From positions 186,001 through 250,000 of the forward strand of contig CP154954.1 in NCBI GenBank assembly GCA_039621445.1: DNA of 64,000 nucleotides, read 5' to 3'. Source of the stretch: Euglena gracilis. Its lineage: Eukaryota. Both the position numbers and the translations under genes were made by a program. The notes beneath the pieces are model-generated. The model searched no databases. It saw only the letters and a program-made list of their open reading frames with translations, and had not been told where the DNA came from. This document shows, one piece after another, positions 46,777-59,429 of the stretch. Position 1 is the first letter of the stretch. Each line of letters begins with the position of its first letter.

Positions 46777-47264
46777 CAGCCTGTTATCCCTAGAGTAACT
46801 TTTATCTGTTTACGACGGCCTTTCCATACAGCACCGTCGGGTCACTAAGACCGACTTTAGTCTCTGTTTGACTTATAAGTCTCACAGTCAAGCTTTCTTA
46901 TGCCTTTACACTCCACAACTAATTTCCGTCTAGCCTGAGAAAACCTTTGTACGCCTCCGTTACTTTTTAGGAGGCTACCGCCCCAGTAAAACTGCCCACC
47001 TGAAACTGTCAATTATCATGATTGTACATAAGATTAAGATTAGATTTCTAGCTTTCTCAGAGTGGTATCTCATTTTTCGGCTCCCCGTATCCCAAAAGAC
47101 AAGATCATAGCCTCCCACCTATTCTGCGCAAAAAAAGCCCGAAACCAATTTCAGGATACAGTAAAGCTTCATAGGGTCTTTCTGTCCAAGTGCAAGTAGA
47201 CCGCATCTTCACAGTCAATTCTATTTCACCGAGTCTCTTTCTGAGACAGTGTCCAAATCGTTAA

Positions 47265-47317
<53 letters not shown>

Positions 47318-49236
47318 AATTATAGTTATTGCCGCTGTTCACAGGGGCTTCAGTCACTAGCTTTGCTTACGCTAACCAATTTCTTTAACCTTCCTGCACT
47401 GAGCAGGCCTCGGCCCCCATACATCGTTTTTCAACTTCGCGGAGACCTGTGCTTTTGGTAAGCAGTCGCTTGGACCTCTTTTCTGCCACCTCATTAGAGG
47501 TACTTCTTCTTCCGAAGTTACGAAGTCATTTTGCCGAGTTCCTTAGAAAGAGTTATCTCGCGCTCCTTAGTATATTCTACTAACCTACCTGTGTCAGTTT
47601 ACGGTACAGGCGAGCTCACTATACATAAACAAAAGTTTTTCTTGGAAACATGACATCAATCACTTTCAATACCGTAGTATTTATACTATTCAGGCCTTAA
47701 GACAAAATATTTTTTTTAATATTTGATACCTCTTGAACCCTTAAACCACAAACCATCACGTGGCCGATCTAGCCTTTTTCGTCACTCCTTACAAGTGAGC
47801 ATTCGGTACAGGAATATTAACCTGTCATCCATCAATTTACGTTGTTAAACCTTATTTTAGGACCTGACTAACCCTTAGAGACGAACCTGGCTAAGGAAAC
47901 CTTAGGTTTTCGGAGCATAGGATTTTCACCAATGTTTTCGTTACTTAAGCCGACATTCTCACTTCTGTTTAATCCAGAACTATTTTCACTATTCCTTCTC
48001 TTCAACACAGAACGCTCTTCTACCGATTTCTCTCACACCTTCGGCAAATTACTTAGTCCCGTTCATTTTCGGCGCACTATCACTTGACCAGTAAGCTATT
48101 ACGCACTTTTTAAAGGAATGGCTGCTTCTAAGCCAACCTCCTGGTTGTCTATGTAATAGTACATCCTTTACCACTTAGTAATTATTTAGGGGCCTTAAGT
48201 AGTGATCTGGGCTGCTTCCCTCTTGACAATGAAGCTTATCCCCCACTGTCTCACTGATTAATTGAAATATAACTTAGTATTCAGAGTTTGCCACAACTTG
48301 GTACCATTTTCATAGCCCGCATCGAAACAGTGCTTTACCCCTAATGTTTACCATAATTAAACGCTGCGCCTCAACGCATTTCGAAGAGATCCAGCTAGCT
48401 CCAAGTTCGATTGGAATTTCTCCCCTAATCACAGTTCATCCCCCAATTTTTCAACATTGGTGGGTTCGGTCCTCCATTCTGTTTTACCAAAACTTCAACC
48501 TGACCATGATTAGATCACCTGGGTTCGGGTCTATAAGCAATGACATAAACTTTCAAGAAGAAAGTTTTTCGCTTTATTTAAGCTCGATTTCACTATGGCT
48601 CCGGAAAAACCTTAACCTTGCCATCACCTATAAGTCGCCGGCTCATTCTTCAACAGGCACACAGTCAATCTTTAAATAGATCTCCTACTGCTTGTAAACT
48701 TATGCTTTCATATTCTATTTCACTCACTTCTCAGTGTTCTATTTCAGCTTTCCCTCACGGTACTCGTACACTATCGGTCATTTAGGAGTATTTAGCCTTA
48801 CGAGATGGTCCTCGCTGATTCACACAGAATTCCACGTGCTCTATGCTACTCGGGAAAATCAAAAATTACTTTTTAAAAACAAATACGGGATTTAAAACCC
48901 TCTTTGATTTTGTTTTCAACAAATTCTCTATCTTTTTCAGTAATTATAATATACCCACAACACCCATAAAGGTTTAGGCTGATTTCCGTTAGCTCGCCAC
49001 TAATAAGAAAATCGCTTTTGCTTTCTTTTCCTTCGGCTACTAAGATGTTTCAGTTCACCAAGTTCTCTACATTATTTGTATACCATTTCATTGTAATGTT
49101 AAAGTAATAGGTTGCCCCATTCGGGAATCTTTAGATTAAAGCTCGTCTTTAGCTCCCTAAAGCATATCGTTAATTTCTACGCCCTTCTTCGACTCTAAAT
49201 GCCAAGCAATCCCGCATAAGCCCTTGTTCATTTGAA
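46349..49236 (-). rRNA. rrl: 23S rRNA, copy 2
   Basis: Near-identical to copy 1. Confidence 0.98.
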
Positions 49237-49254
49237 CCTACATCAAAACCTTTT

Positions 49255-49327
49255 TGGAGATAAGCGGACTCGAACCGCTGACATCTGCCTTGCAAAGGCA
49301 GCGCTCTACCAACTGAGCTATACCCCC
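49255..49327 (-). tRNA. trnA: tRNA-Ala(UGC), copy 2
   Basis: Matches copy 1. Confidence 0.96.
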
Positions 49328-49336
49328 AAAACCAAG

Positions 49337-49410
49337 AGGGCCATGCTAGACTTGAACTAGCGACCTTACCCTTATCAAGGGTATGCTCTAACCAACTGAG
49401 CTAATAGCCC
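49337..49410 (-). tRNA. trnI: tRNA-Ile(GAU), copy 2
   Basis: Matches copy 1. Confidence 0.96.
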
Positions 49411-49497
49411 TCTTGGAAAAATAAGAGGTTTCCCTACTTATTTTTTTTATTTTTCATTGTTTCCAATCTATACATTTTTTTAGTTAAAAAACTAAAG

Positions 49498-49615
49498 GGA
49501 GTTGTTCCAGCCACACCTTCCAGTACGGCTACCTTGTTACGACTTCACCCCAGTCACCAGCCAGGCCTTAGGTATTTCCCTCTTTTCAGGCAAGATAATA
49601 ACTTCGGGCACAGCC

Positions 49616-49653
<38 letters not shown>

Positions 49654-49909
49654 AGAACGTATTCACCGCCGTATAGCTGACCGGCGATTACTAGCGATTC
49701 CGGCTTCATGTAGGCGAGTTTCAGCCTACAATCCGAACTTAGGCTAAGTTTTAAGATTAGCTCATTTTCACAAAATTGCAACTTATTGTCTTAACCATTG
49801 TAGCACGTGTGTAGCCCAGGATATAAGGGGCATGATGACTTGACGTCGTCCTCACCTTCCTCCGGTAATAACCAGCAGTATTTCTAAATGACAAGCGTTA
49901 ATTAAAAAA

Positions 49910-49974
<65 letters not shown>

Positions 49975-50042
49975 CCACCTGTGTCTAGATACCCGAAGGT
50001 ACTGCGTTCTTTCAAACTTCCTCCTAGATCCTGTCAAATCCT

Positions 50043-50123
<81 letters not shown>

Positions 50124-50216
50124 CTTGTGCAAGCGTACTCCCCAGGCGGGATACTTAACGTGTTAACTACAGCAGTGCACTTTCAGCACCACTTAGTATC
50201 CATAGTTTACGGCCAA

Positions 50217-50248
<32 letters not shown>

Positions 50249-50992
50249 TCAGCTTTCGTTTCTCAGCGTCAGTATTGGCCTAGAAAAGTGCCTTCGCCAT
50301 TGGTGTTCTTTCCAATCTCTACGCATTTCACCGCTACACTGGAAATTCCCTTCACCCCTACCATACTCAAGTCTAGCAGTTTTTAATGCCCTTCCAAAGT
50401 TAAGCTTTGACTTTTAACATTAAACACACTTGACCGCCTACAAACTCTTTACGCCCAATAATTCCGGATAACGCTCGCATCTCCCGTATTACCGCGGCTG
50501 CTGGCACGGAATTAGCCGATGCTTATTCCTCAAATACCGTCATTTCTTCTTCTTTGAGAAAAGAAGTTTACAACCCAAAGGCCGTCTTCCTTCACGCGGT
50601 ATTGCTCCGTCAGGCTTGCGCCCATTGCGGAAAATTCCTCACTGCTGCCTTCCGTAGAAGTCTGTTCCGTTCTCAATCCCAGTGTGGCTGATCATCCTCT
50701 CAAATCAGCTACTGATCGTCGCCTTGGTAAGCCTTTACCTCACCAACAAGCTAATCAGATGCAAGCTCATGCCTAGGCGAAATTCTCTTTAACTAGCTAC
50801 TCACATAGATCTAGTAAATTATGAGGCATTAGCAAACGTTTCCATCTGTTATTCCTCACCCAAGCGCAGATTCTTACATATTACTCACCCGTCCGCCACT
50901 AAATTACTATTGCTAGTAATTTCGTTCAACTTGCATGTGTTAAGCATACCGCCAGCGTTCACCCTGAGCAAGGATCAAACTCGTCATTTCCA
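49498..50992 (-). rRNA. rrs: 16S rRNA, copy 2
   Basis: Near-identical to copy 1. Confidence 0.98.
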
Positions 50993-51073
50993 AAACATCA
51001 AAGTTGGTCAAATCCTCTCACCCTCTTGGTGACCAAGCAAGGGGCACATTTACTATAATGTGCCCACTAAAAG

Positions 51074-51218
51074 CGCGCTTTGTAGGATTCGAACCTACTA
51101 CATCAGGTTTTGGAGACCTACGCCTTAGGATTTTAAAGAAAAGAAATATTTGGCTAATACAAGGATTCAATCCACGACCCTACCCTTATCAAAGGTATTC
51201 TATAATAATAAAAGATAA
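51074..51218 (-). pseudogene. Pseudo-trnW plus pseudo-trnI leader, copy 2
   Basis: Same as 45156-45300. Confidence 0.85.
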
Positions 51219-52075
51219 TAGTGATCTTTGAAAAATAAAAAATTTTCCTTTTGATTTTTTTATTTTTTAAAATTTATACGGTATTTTAATTAAAAATAAA
51301 AAAATTGTCCCAGCCACACGTTAAAGTACGGAAAAATTTACACTAGGAATTAAGCTAAGTTATTTCTTGTGAATGAAAAGAATTCACAAGATCAGGGATA
51401 AAAGCATAACACCTAAACTGTGCGCATGAGCATTTACGTATGAAAGTCTAGGAACCTTACCTTAATATTTTTCAATATCACAAAATATAGGGTACTCAGC
51501 AGCAATATAAGAAGTATAAAGACATTTTGGTCTCTTGTAGAATTATATAAATATTCGTCCAAATCGACAATGAACGACACGCTTCTTACTAGCAAAAATT
51601 TACAACTAAAAAGCACACACATAACACAAAGAACCAAATACAAAGTAGCAATAACTATAATGTACAACAAAATAAAACTCTTATCAGAAGATTACCTAAT
51701 ATTCTCACTATGATTCAACCTATCTTGTTGAATTTTGTGATTAATCTTTTATATTAGCGAAGAAACATAGTCATTTTCCAAACACTCGAGGATATTATTC
51801 ATATCGTTTAAAATTTTAAAAGAAAAATATTACGAAATTCACTGATTTCTATAAACAGATTGTCTTATTTTTTCGGAAGCATCATGTTTTGGCCAAAAAA
51901 AATTCAAACTTAAAGGAAACGTGGTTTGACAAATTCCTTGGTTTAATTATACCACAATACATTTATCCATGCAATAAAACACTAACGTAACGGCAGTCAT
52001 AAAAATTACTCGAAAATCGAGTTAATATTAATAAATAAACTCACTAAGAGACAATTAAATAAATTAAACTTCCCA

Positions 52076-52191
52076 TAAGGGCACTAAAATCTTTTCCCGG
52101 AAAGTAACCTTTCAAGTATCTATTTACCCTTTATGTTTAACTTGCAAGTTCGAAATGTTTTAAGTGGATCCATAAAGACAAGAGCACCCTA
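52076..52191 (-). rRNA. rrf: 5S rRNA, copy 3
   Basis: Matches copy 2. Confidence 0.9.
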
Positions 52192-52266
52192 AAATAAAAG
52201 TTCATTCAAGAAACTTTTAAATCTTAAAAAAGTGACAAGTAAAAATAAATGTTTTGTTTTCATATA

Positions 52267-52582
52267 GGAAAAAATTTTCGGTCGGTTAGTATATCTCGGC
52301 TAAAATTGTTACCAATTGTACACCTAATACCTATCAAACGGTTCGTCTTACCGTGACCTATGAAGAGTACTTATCTTAAGGTGGGCTTCCTACTTATATG
52401 CTTTCAGCAGTTATCCACTCCGCACTTGACTACCCAGCGTATTCTGTTGGCACAAAAACTGGTACATCAGTGGTGCGTCCTTCCCGGTCCTCTCGTACTA
52501 AGGAAAGCGCCTTTCAATACTCTAACGCTCACACCGGATATGGACCGAACTGTCTCTCGACGTTCTGAACCCAGCTCACGTA

Positions 52583-52617
<35 letters not shown>

Positions 52618-52634
52618 GTACTACCGCCCCAGGT

Positions 52635-52694
<60 letters not shown>

Positions 52695-53182
52695 CAGCCT
52701 GTTATCCCTAGAGTAACTTTTATCTGTTTACGACGGCCTTTCCATACAGCACCGTCGGGTCACTAAGACCGACTTTAGTCTCTGTTTGACTTATAAGTCT
52801 CACAGTCAAGCTTTCTTATGCCTTTACACTCCACAACTAATTTCCGTCTAGCCTGAGAAAACCTTTGTACGCCTCCGTTACTTTTTAGGAGGCTACCGCC
52901 CCAGTAAAACTGCCCGCCTGAAACTGTCAATTATCATGATTGTACATAAGATTAAGATTAGATTTCTAGCTTTCTCAGAGTGGTATCTCATTTTTCGGCT
53001 CCCCGTATCCCAAAAGACAAGATCATAGCCTCCCACCTATTCTGCGCAAAAAAAGCCCGAAACCAATTTCAGGATACAGTAAAGCTTCATAGGGTCTTTC
53101 TGTCCAAGTGCAAGTAGACCGCATCTTCACAGTCAATTCTATTTCACCGAGTCTCTTTCTGAGACAGTGTCCAAATCGTTAA

Positions 53183-53235
<53 letters not shown>

Positions 53236-55156
53236 AATTATAGTTATTGCCGCTGTTCACAGGGGCTTCAGTCACTAGCTTTGCTTACGCTAACCAATTT
53301 CTTTAACCTTCCTGCACTGAGCAGGCCTCGGCCCCCATACATGGTTTTTTCAACTTCGCGGAGACCTGTGCTTTTGGTAAGCAGTCGCTTGGACCTCTTT
53401 TCTGCCACCTCATTAGAGGTACTTCTTCTTCCGAAGTTACGAAGTCATTTTGCCGAGTTCCTTAGAAAGAGTTATCTCGCGCTCCTTAGTATATTCTACT
53501 AACCTACCTGTGTCAGTTTACGGTACAGGCGAGCTCACTATACATAAACAAAAGTTTTTCTTGGAAACATGACATCAATCACTTTCAATACCGTAGTATT
53601 TATACTATTCAGGCCTTAAGACAAAATATTTTTTTTAATATTTGATACCTCTTGAACCCTTAAACCACAAACCATCACGTGGCCGATCTAGCCTTTTTCG
53701 TCACTCCTTACAAGTGAGCATTCGGTACAGGAATATTAACCTGTCATCCATCAATTTACGTTGTTAAACCTTATTTTAGGACCTGACTAACCCTTAGAGG
53801 ACGAACCTGGCTAAGGAAACCTTAGGTTTTCGGAGCATAGGATTTTCACCAATGTTTTCGTTACTTAAGCCGACATTCTCACTTCTGTTTAATCCAGAAC
53901 TATTTTCACTATTCCTTCTCTTCAACACAGAACGCTCTTCTACCGATTTCTCTCACACCTTCGGCAAATTACTTAGTCCCGTTCATTTTCGGCGCACTAT
54001 CACTTGACCAGTAAGCTATTACGCACTTTTTAAAGGAATGGCTGCTTCTAAGCCAACCTCCTGGTTGTCTATGTAATAGTACATCCTTTACCACTTAGTA
54101 ATTATTTAGGGGCCTTAAGTAGTGATCTGGGCTGTTTCCCTCTTGACAATGAAGCTTATCCCCCACTGTCTCACTGATTAATTGAAATATAACTTAGTAT
54201 TCAGAGTTTGCCACAACTTGGTACCATTTTCATAGCCCGCATCGAAACAGTGCTTTACCCCTAATGTTTACCATAATTAAACGCTGCGCCTCAACGCATT
54301 TCGAAGAGATCCAGCTAGCTCCAAGTTCGATTGGAATTTCTCCCCTAATCACAGTTCATCCCCCAATTTTTCAACATTGGTGGGTTCGGTCCTCCATTCT
54401 GTTTTACCAAAACTTCAACCTGACCATGATTAGATCACCTGGGTTCGGGTCTATAAGCAATGACATAAACTTTCAAGAAGAAAGTTTTTCGCTTTATTTA
54501 AGCTCGATTTCACTATGGCTCCGGAAAAACCTTAACCTTGCCATCACCTATAAGTCGCCGGCTCATTCTTCAACAGGCACACAGTCAATCTTTAAATAGA
54601 TCTCCTACTGCTTGTAAACTTATGCTTTCATATTCTATTTCACTCACTTCTCAGTGTTCTATTTCAGCTTTCCCTCACGGTACTCGTACACTATCGGTCA
54701 TTTAGGAGTATTTAGCCTTACGAGATGGTCCTCGCTGATTCACACAGAATTCCACGTGCTCTATGCTACTCGGGAAAATCAAAAATTACTTTTTAAAAAC
54801 AAATACGGGATTTAAAACCCTCTTTGATTTTGTTTTCAACAAATTCTCTATCTTTTTCAGTAATTATAATATACCCACAACACCCATAAAGGTTTAGGCT
54901 GATTTCCGTTAGCTCGCCACTAATAAGAAAATCGCTTTTGCTTTCTTTTCCTTCGGCTACTAAGATGTTTCAGTTCACCAAGTTCTCTACATTATTTGTA
55001 TACCATTTCATTGTAATGTTAAAGTAATAGGTTGCCCCATTCGGGAATCTTTAGATTAAAGCTCGTCTTTAGCTCCCTAAAGCATATCGTTAATTTCTAC
55101 GCCCTTCTTCGACTCTAAATGCCAAGCAATCCCGCATAAGCCCTTGTTCATTTGAA
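52267..55156 (-). rRNA. rrl: 23S rRNA, copy 3
   Basis: Near-identical to copy 1. Confidence 0.98.
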
Positions 55157-55174
55157 CCTACATCAAAACCTTTT

Positions 55175-55247
55175 TGGAGATAAGCGGACTCGAACCGCTG
55201 ACATCTGCCTTGCAAAGGCAGCGCTCTACCAACTGAGCTATACCCCC
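55175..55247 (-). tRNA. trnA: tRNA-Ala(UGC), copy 3
   Basis: Matches copy 1. Confidence 0.96.
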
Positions 55248-55256
55248 AAAACCAAG

Positions 55257-55330
55257 AGGGCCATGCTAGACTTGAACTAGCGACCTTACCCTTATCAAGG
55301 GTATGCTCTAACCAACTGAGCTAATAGCCC
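55257..55330 (-). tRNA. trnI: tRNA-Ile(GAU), copy 3
   Basis: Matches copy 1. Confidence 0.96.
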
Positions 55331-55417
55331 TCTTGGAAAAATAAGAGGTTTCCCTACTTATTTTTTTTATTTTTCATTGTTTTCAATCTATACATTTTTT
55401 TAGTTAAAAAACTAAAG

Positions 55418-55536
55418 GGAGTTGTTCCAGCCACACCTTCCAGTACGGCTACCTTGTTACGACTTCACCCCAGTCACCAGCCAGGCCTTAGGTATTTCCC
55501 TCTTTTCAGGCAAGATAATAACTTCGGGCACAGCCA

Positions 55537-55573
<37 letters not shown>

Positions 55574-55833
55574 AGAACGTATTCACCGCCGTATAGCTGA
55601 CCGGCGATTACTAGCGATTCCGGCTTCATGTAGGCGAGTTTCAGCCTACAATCCGAACTTAGGCTAAGTTTTAAGATTAGCTCATTTTCACAAAATTGCA
55701 ACTTATTGTCTTAACCATTGTAGCACGTGTGTAGCCCAGGATATAAGGGGCATGATGACTTGACGTCGTCCTCACCTTCCTCTGGTAATAACCAGCAGTA
55801 TTTCTAAATGACAAGCGTTAATTAAAAAAAAGG

Positions 55834-55885
<52 letters not shown>

Positions 55886-55953
55886 CCACCTGTGTCTAGA
55901 TACCCGAAGGTACTGCGTTCTTTCAAACTTCCTCCTAGATCCTGTCAAATCCT

Positions 55954-56034
<81 letters not shown>

Positions 56035-56127
56035 CTTGTGCAAGCGTACTCCCCAGGCGGGATACTTAACGTGTTAACTACAGCAGTGCACTTTCAGCAC
56101 CACTTAGTATCCATAGTTTACGGCCAA

Positions 56128-56159
<32 letters not shown>

Positions 56160-56903
56160 TCAGCTTTCGTTTCTCAGCGTCAGTATTGGCCTAGAAAAGT
56201 GCCTTCGCCATTGGTGTTCTTTCCAATCTCTACGCATTTCACCGCTACACTGGAAATTCCCTTCACCCCTACCATACTCAAGTCTAGCAGTTTTTAATGC
56301 CCTTCCAAAGTTAAGCTTTGACTTTTAACATTAAACACACTTGACCGCCTACAAACTCTTTACGCCCAATAATTCCGGATAACGCTCGCATCTCCCGTAT
56401 TCACGCGGCTGCTGGCACGGAATTAGCCGATGCTTATTCCTCAAATACCGTCATTTCTTCTTCTTTGAGAAAAGAAGTTTACAACCCAAAGGCCTTCTTC
56501 CTTCACGCGGTATTGCTCCGTCAGGCTTGCGCCCATTGCGGAAAATTCCTCACTGCTGCCTTCCGTAAAAGTCTGTTCCGTTCTCAATCCCAGTGTGGCT
56601 GATCATCCTCTCAAATCAGCTACTGATCGTCGCCTTGGTAAGCCTTTACCTCACCAACAAGCTAATCAGATGCAAGCTCATGCCTAGGCGAAATTCTCTT
56701 TAACTAGCTACTCACATAGATCTAGTAAATTATGAGGCATTAGCAAACGTTTCCATCTGTTATTCCTCACCCAAGCGCAGATTCTTACATATTACTCACC
56801 CGTCCGCCACTAAATTACTATTGCTAGTAATTTCGTTCAACTTGCATGTGTTAAGCATACCGCCAGCGTTCACCCTGAGCAAGGATCAAACTCGTCATTT
56901 CCA
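55418..56903 (-). rRNA. rrs: 16S rRNA, copy 3; divergent allele with a 9-nt deletion
   Basis: gggttgcgggactt near 55832 versus gggttgcgctcgttgcgggactt in copies 1 and 2, plus several substitutions. Confidence 0.95.
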
Positions 56904-56984
56904 AAACATCAAAGTTGGTCAAATCCTTTCACCCTCTTGGTGACCAAGCAAGGGGCACATTTACTATAATGTGTACACTAAAAG

Positions 56985-57033
56985 CGCGCTTTGTAGGATT
57001 CGAACCTACTACATCAGGTTTTGGAGACCTACG
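56985..57033 (-). pseudogene. Partial tRNA-Trp, copy 3
   Basis: Same fragment as in the other two leaders. Confidence 0.85.
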
Positions 57034-57129
57034 CCTTACAATTTTAACGAAAAGCAATATTTAGCTATGCTTAACACATGCAAGTTGAACGAAAGGCTTT
57101 AATCCACGACCCTACCTTTATCAAAGATA

Positions 57130-57900
57130 TTCCATAATAAGCAGTTAACGTCGTTTCTAAAGAGTTGAACATGTTTTTTATCTCATTTACATTTTGATAT
57201 TCAAGGATATTTGAGTTGACAAAAATTATCGCATCATAATGATAAGTATTGTTTAATTTCAGTAAATCCTTGGATTTCTTAACTACTAAAGGATAAAAGC
57301 CTTTAAATTGCAAATAAGATTCGAAAAAATCGATTAAATATCTATGTTCACTGCCTAAAATTAAAAATACCTTATTTTTACCCATATTTAGATGGGATTC
57401 ATAAATATCCAACATCCACCTTAAGTCTTTGGGTATTATGTATTCATTAAAATTAATTTTTTATTTCACACCTAATCTCGTACTTAAATATATGTTTCTT
57501 AATTGACGTTCAATAGCGTCGCCCTTATATACAAATTCTGAAGGTTTTTCTTTTTCAAACAGTAACATAGCATTTTCTATGTCCCCTTTTTTCACTAATT
57601 CAATCATCCTTTCTTCCAAAGGAAGATATTGAAAATATTTACCATATTTTTTAAGAATTGATTCCGAAGCCATGAAATTTTCTGAAGCATCCACAAAGTT
57701 AAATATTTGTTTTATTAAATAGTCGAGCAAATCTTTCTCATTGTTAACTCTGGCCTATAAATTTTAGAATCAATAGATATATCGAAAAAATTTGCCAATT
57801 TAGTATCGACTTCTTTAATAAAATACGAATGCACATGAGGGTCCACCTGTTCTATGAAATTCTCGTACTAACGCATAATCAACTAATCCATATTTAACCT
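57130..57900 (-). pseudogene. Second copy of the geminivirus-like Rep; truncated at both ends, two frameshifts and a TAA at 57461-57463
   Basis: EVKYGLVDYALVREFHRTG/PHVHSYFIKEVDTKLANFFDI/VNNEKDLLDYLIKQ...RLGVK*KINFNEYIIPKDLRWMLDIYE...SLETTL, closely similar to 8075-9298. Confidence 0.9.
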
Positions 57901-57999
57901 CAATAGTGAGAATACTTATCAAAATCCTGATAAGGTACTTCCTTAATATTTACTCCCTATAAGTTTTTAATAAGTCAATTTTAAATTTATTAATTTAAT

Positions 58000-58352
58000 A
58001 AGGTAAAAAGTAGGCAAACTCACTATACTCCATCAAAAAAAACGCCAATTATTCTACAAATTGACATTGATAAAAAAGCATATTTAAATAAGTGATAGAA
58101 TAATCACATTTTCCATGACACTATATTTTAATTAATCGATTTTTTTGACACGCTTTAAGAAAAATATTCTACTTCTACTACGTTTAAAATATGCCCATTT
58201 TCAATGATAAAAAAAAAAAGCTTTCAACTAAATTTTTGGTCCAGGTTTTTTTCATCATATTGTGCTTTATAAGAACAATATTTTTTATAAATTTTTTTTA
58301 CTGTTAAATTGATTTTTGTATTATTTAAATTTTTTTCTTCTTTTTTTGTCAT
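58000..58352 (-). pseudogene. Internally deleted, frameshifted homologue of the 274-aa ORF
   Basis: aagctttcaactaaatttttggtcca (near 58218) matches aagctttcaactaaatttttagtcca (near 6021), peptide WTKNLVESFF; also INLTVKKIYKK and FLMEYS segments; GGGAG precedes the ATG at 58352. Confidence 0.75.
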
Positions 58353-58373
58353 ACTTTTCTCCCTATATAAAAA

Positions 58374-59429
58374 TCAAAAACAAGGCAATGAAGACCGAAT
58401 CTGCCGTAAATCGACATTTTCACAAGCTCTTTTTCTAAAGTTTTTAACCATTATATCTAACTGTTCTTCACCATAAATTTCTTTGTTCACTAAAGTATAT
58501 AATTCAAATTTATCAATTTTTTTATTTTTTGCTTTTTCTAGAAAAAAAATAAGAAGCATTTCCACAAAAATCCAGTTAAAATCCCAGTTTTTATAATTAT
58601 CGTTTTTTAAAGAATTATGTTTATAAAACTTAGAAGCTTGCTTAAATAAAAAAATATTAGAAATATTAGAATTTGAGATACTATTTTCTAATACTGCGAC
58701 TTCAGATATATACTTCAACAACATAGAACGAAGTTTTATTGCATCGTTTTTACTCGTTAAAAAAAACAAATTTTTGTACTCTATTATATATTTTTCAATG
58801 ATGTTTAAAAATTGATCATTAGCTTTCAAAACATTAAAATGATCGTGTAAAAAATTATTAGAATCATTTATTTCTAATTCCTTTTTCTCTTCTGTTATTT
58901 TTTCTTTCACTTTTAAATAATTTTCTGAGGAATTGGAAATCAATTTAGAAAAAAACGAAGGAAAACAATGATCTTTTCGCGCACGACTTAATAAATTATT
59001 TTTAATAACAAAATCAAAACTTAAAGAATTTTTTAAACCATTTTCAAACCTTGGAACACCTGACCAACAAACTTCAATGTTTTTATTCCCTGTTTTAGAA
59101 AAAAAATTATCAAGTGAAGTTTTACTACTCGATCCCTTTTCTACAATAACAGAATTTTTTTCAAAAGAAAATAATTTTTTAAGACCATGCCTTCGGTAAT
59201 TTTTATTAAATTCTATATAGACCTCTATAGTCACTTCACAAAAGTTGTTTAAATTATTTTCAGACAAATCAAAACCATAAATAATAAAAGAAATAGAGTT
59301 ATAATTAATTAACTCTTTCCACTTTTTGATGAATAATAAGTTAAAATCCTCAAAACTACCGAACCCTGTTTTAATAAAAACATGCCAGTTTTTTCCTGGA
59401 ACCATTGAATACATAATAAAATCTCCCAT
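58374..59429 (-). CDS. Hypothetical protein, about 350 aa, paralogue of the 295-aa ORF
   Basis: Intact ORF; the second ATG (MYSMVPGKNW) follows a GGGAG and may be the true start. Confidence 0.85.
   Translation of the reverse strand: MGDFIMYSMVPGKNWHVFIKTGFGSFEDFNLLFIKKWKELINYNSISFIIYGFDLSENNLNNFCEVTIEVYIEFNKNYRRHGLKKLFSFEKNSVIVEKGSSSKTSLDNFFSKTGNKNIEVCWSGVPRFENGLKNSLSFDFVIKNNLLSRARKDHCFPSFFSKLISNSSENYLKVKEKITEEKKELEINDSNNFLHDHFNVLKANDQFLNIIEKYIIEYKNLFFLTSKNDAIKLRSMLLKYISEVAVLENSISNSNISNIFLFKQASKFYKHNSLKNDNYKNWDFNWIFVEMLLIFFLEKAKNKKIDKFELYTLVNKEIYGEEQLDIMVKNFRKRACENVDLRQIRSSLPCF

Noticed and set aside
40524-56077. ORFs repeated three times within the rDNA
   Set aside because: Shadow frames over 16S and 23S rRNA genes.
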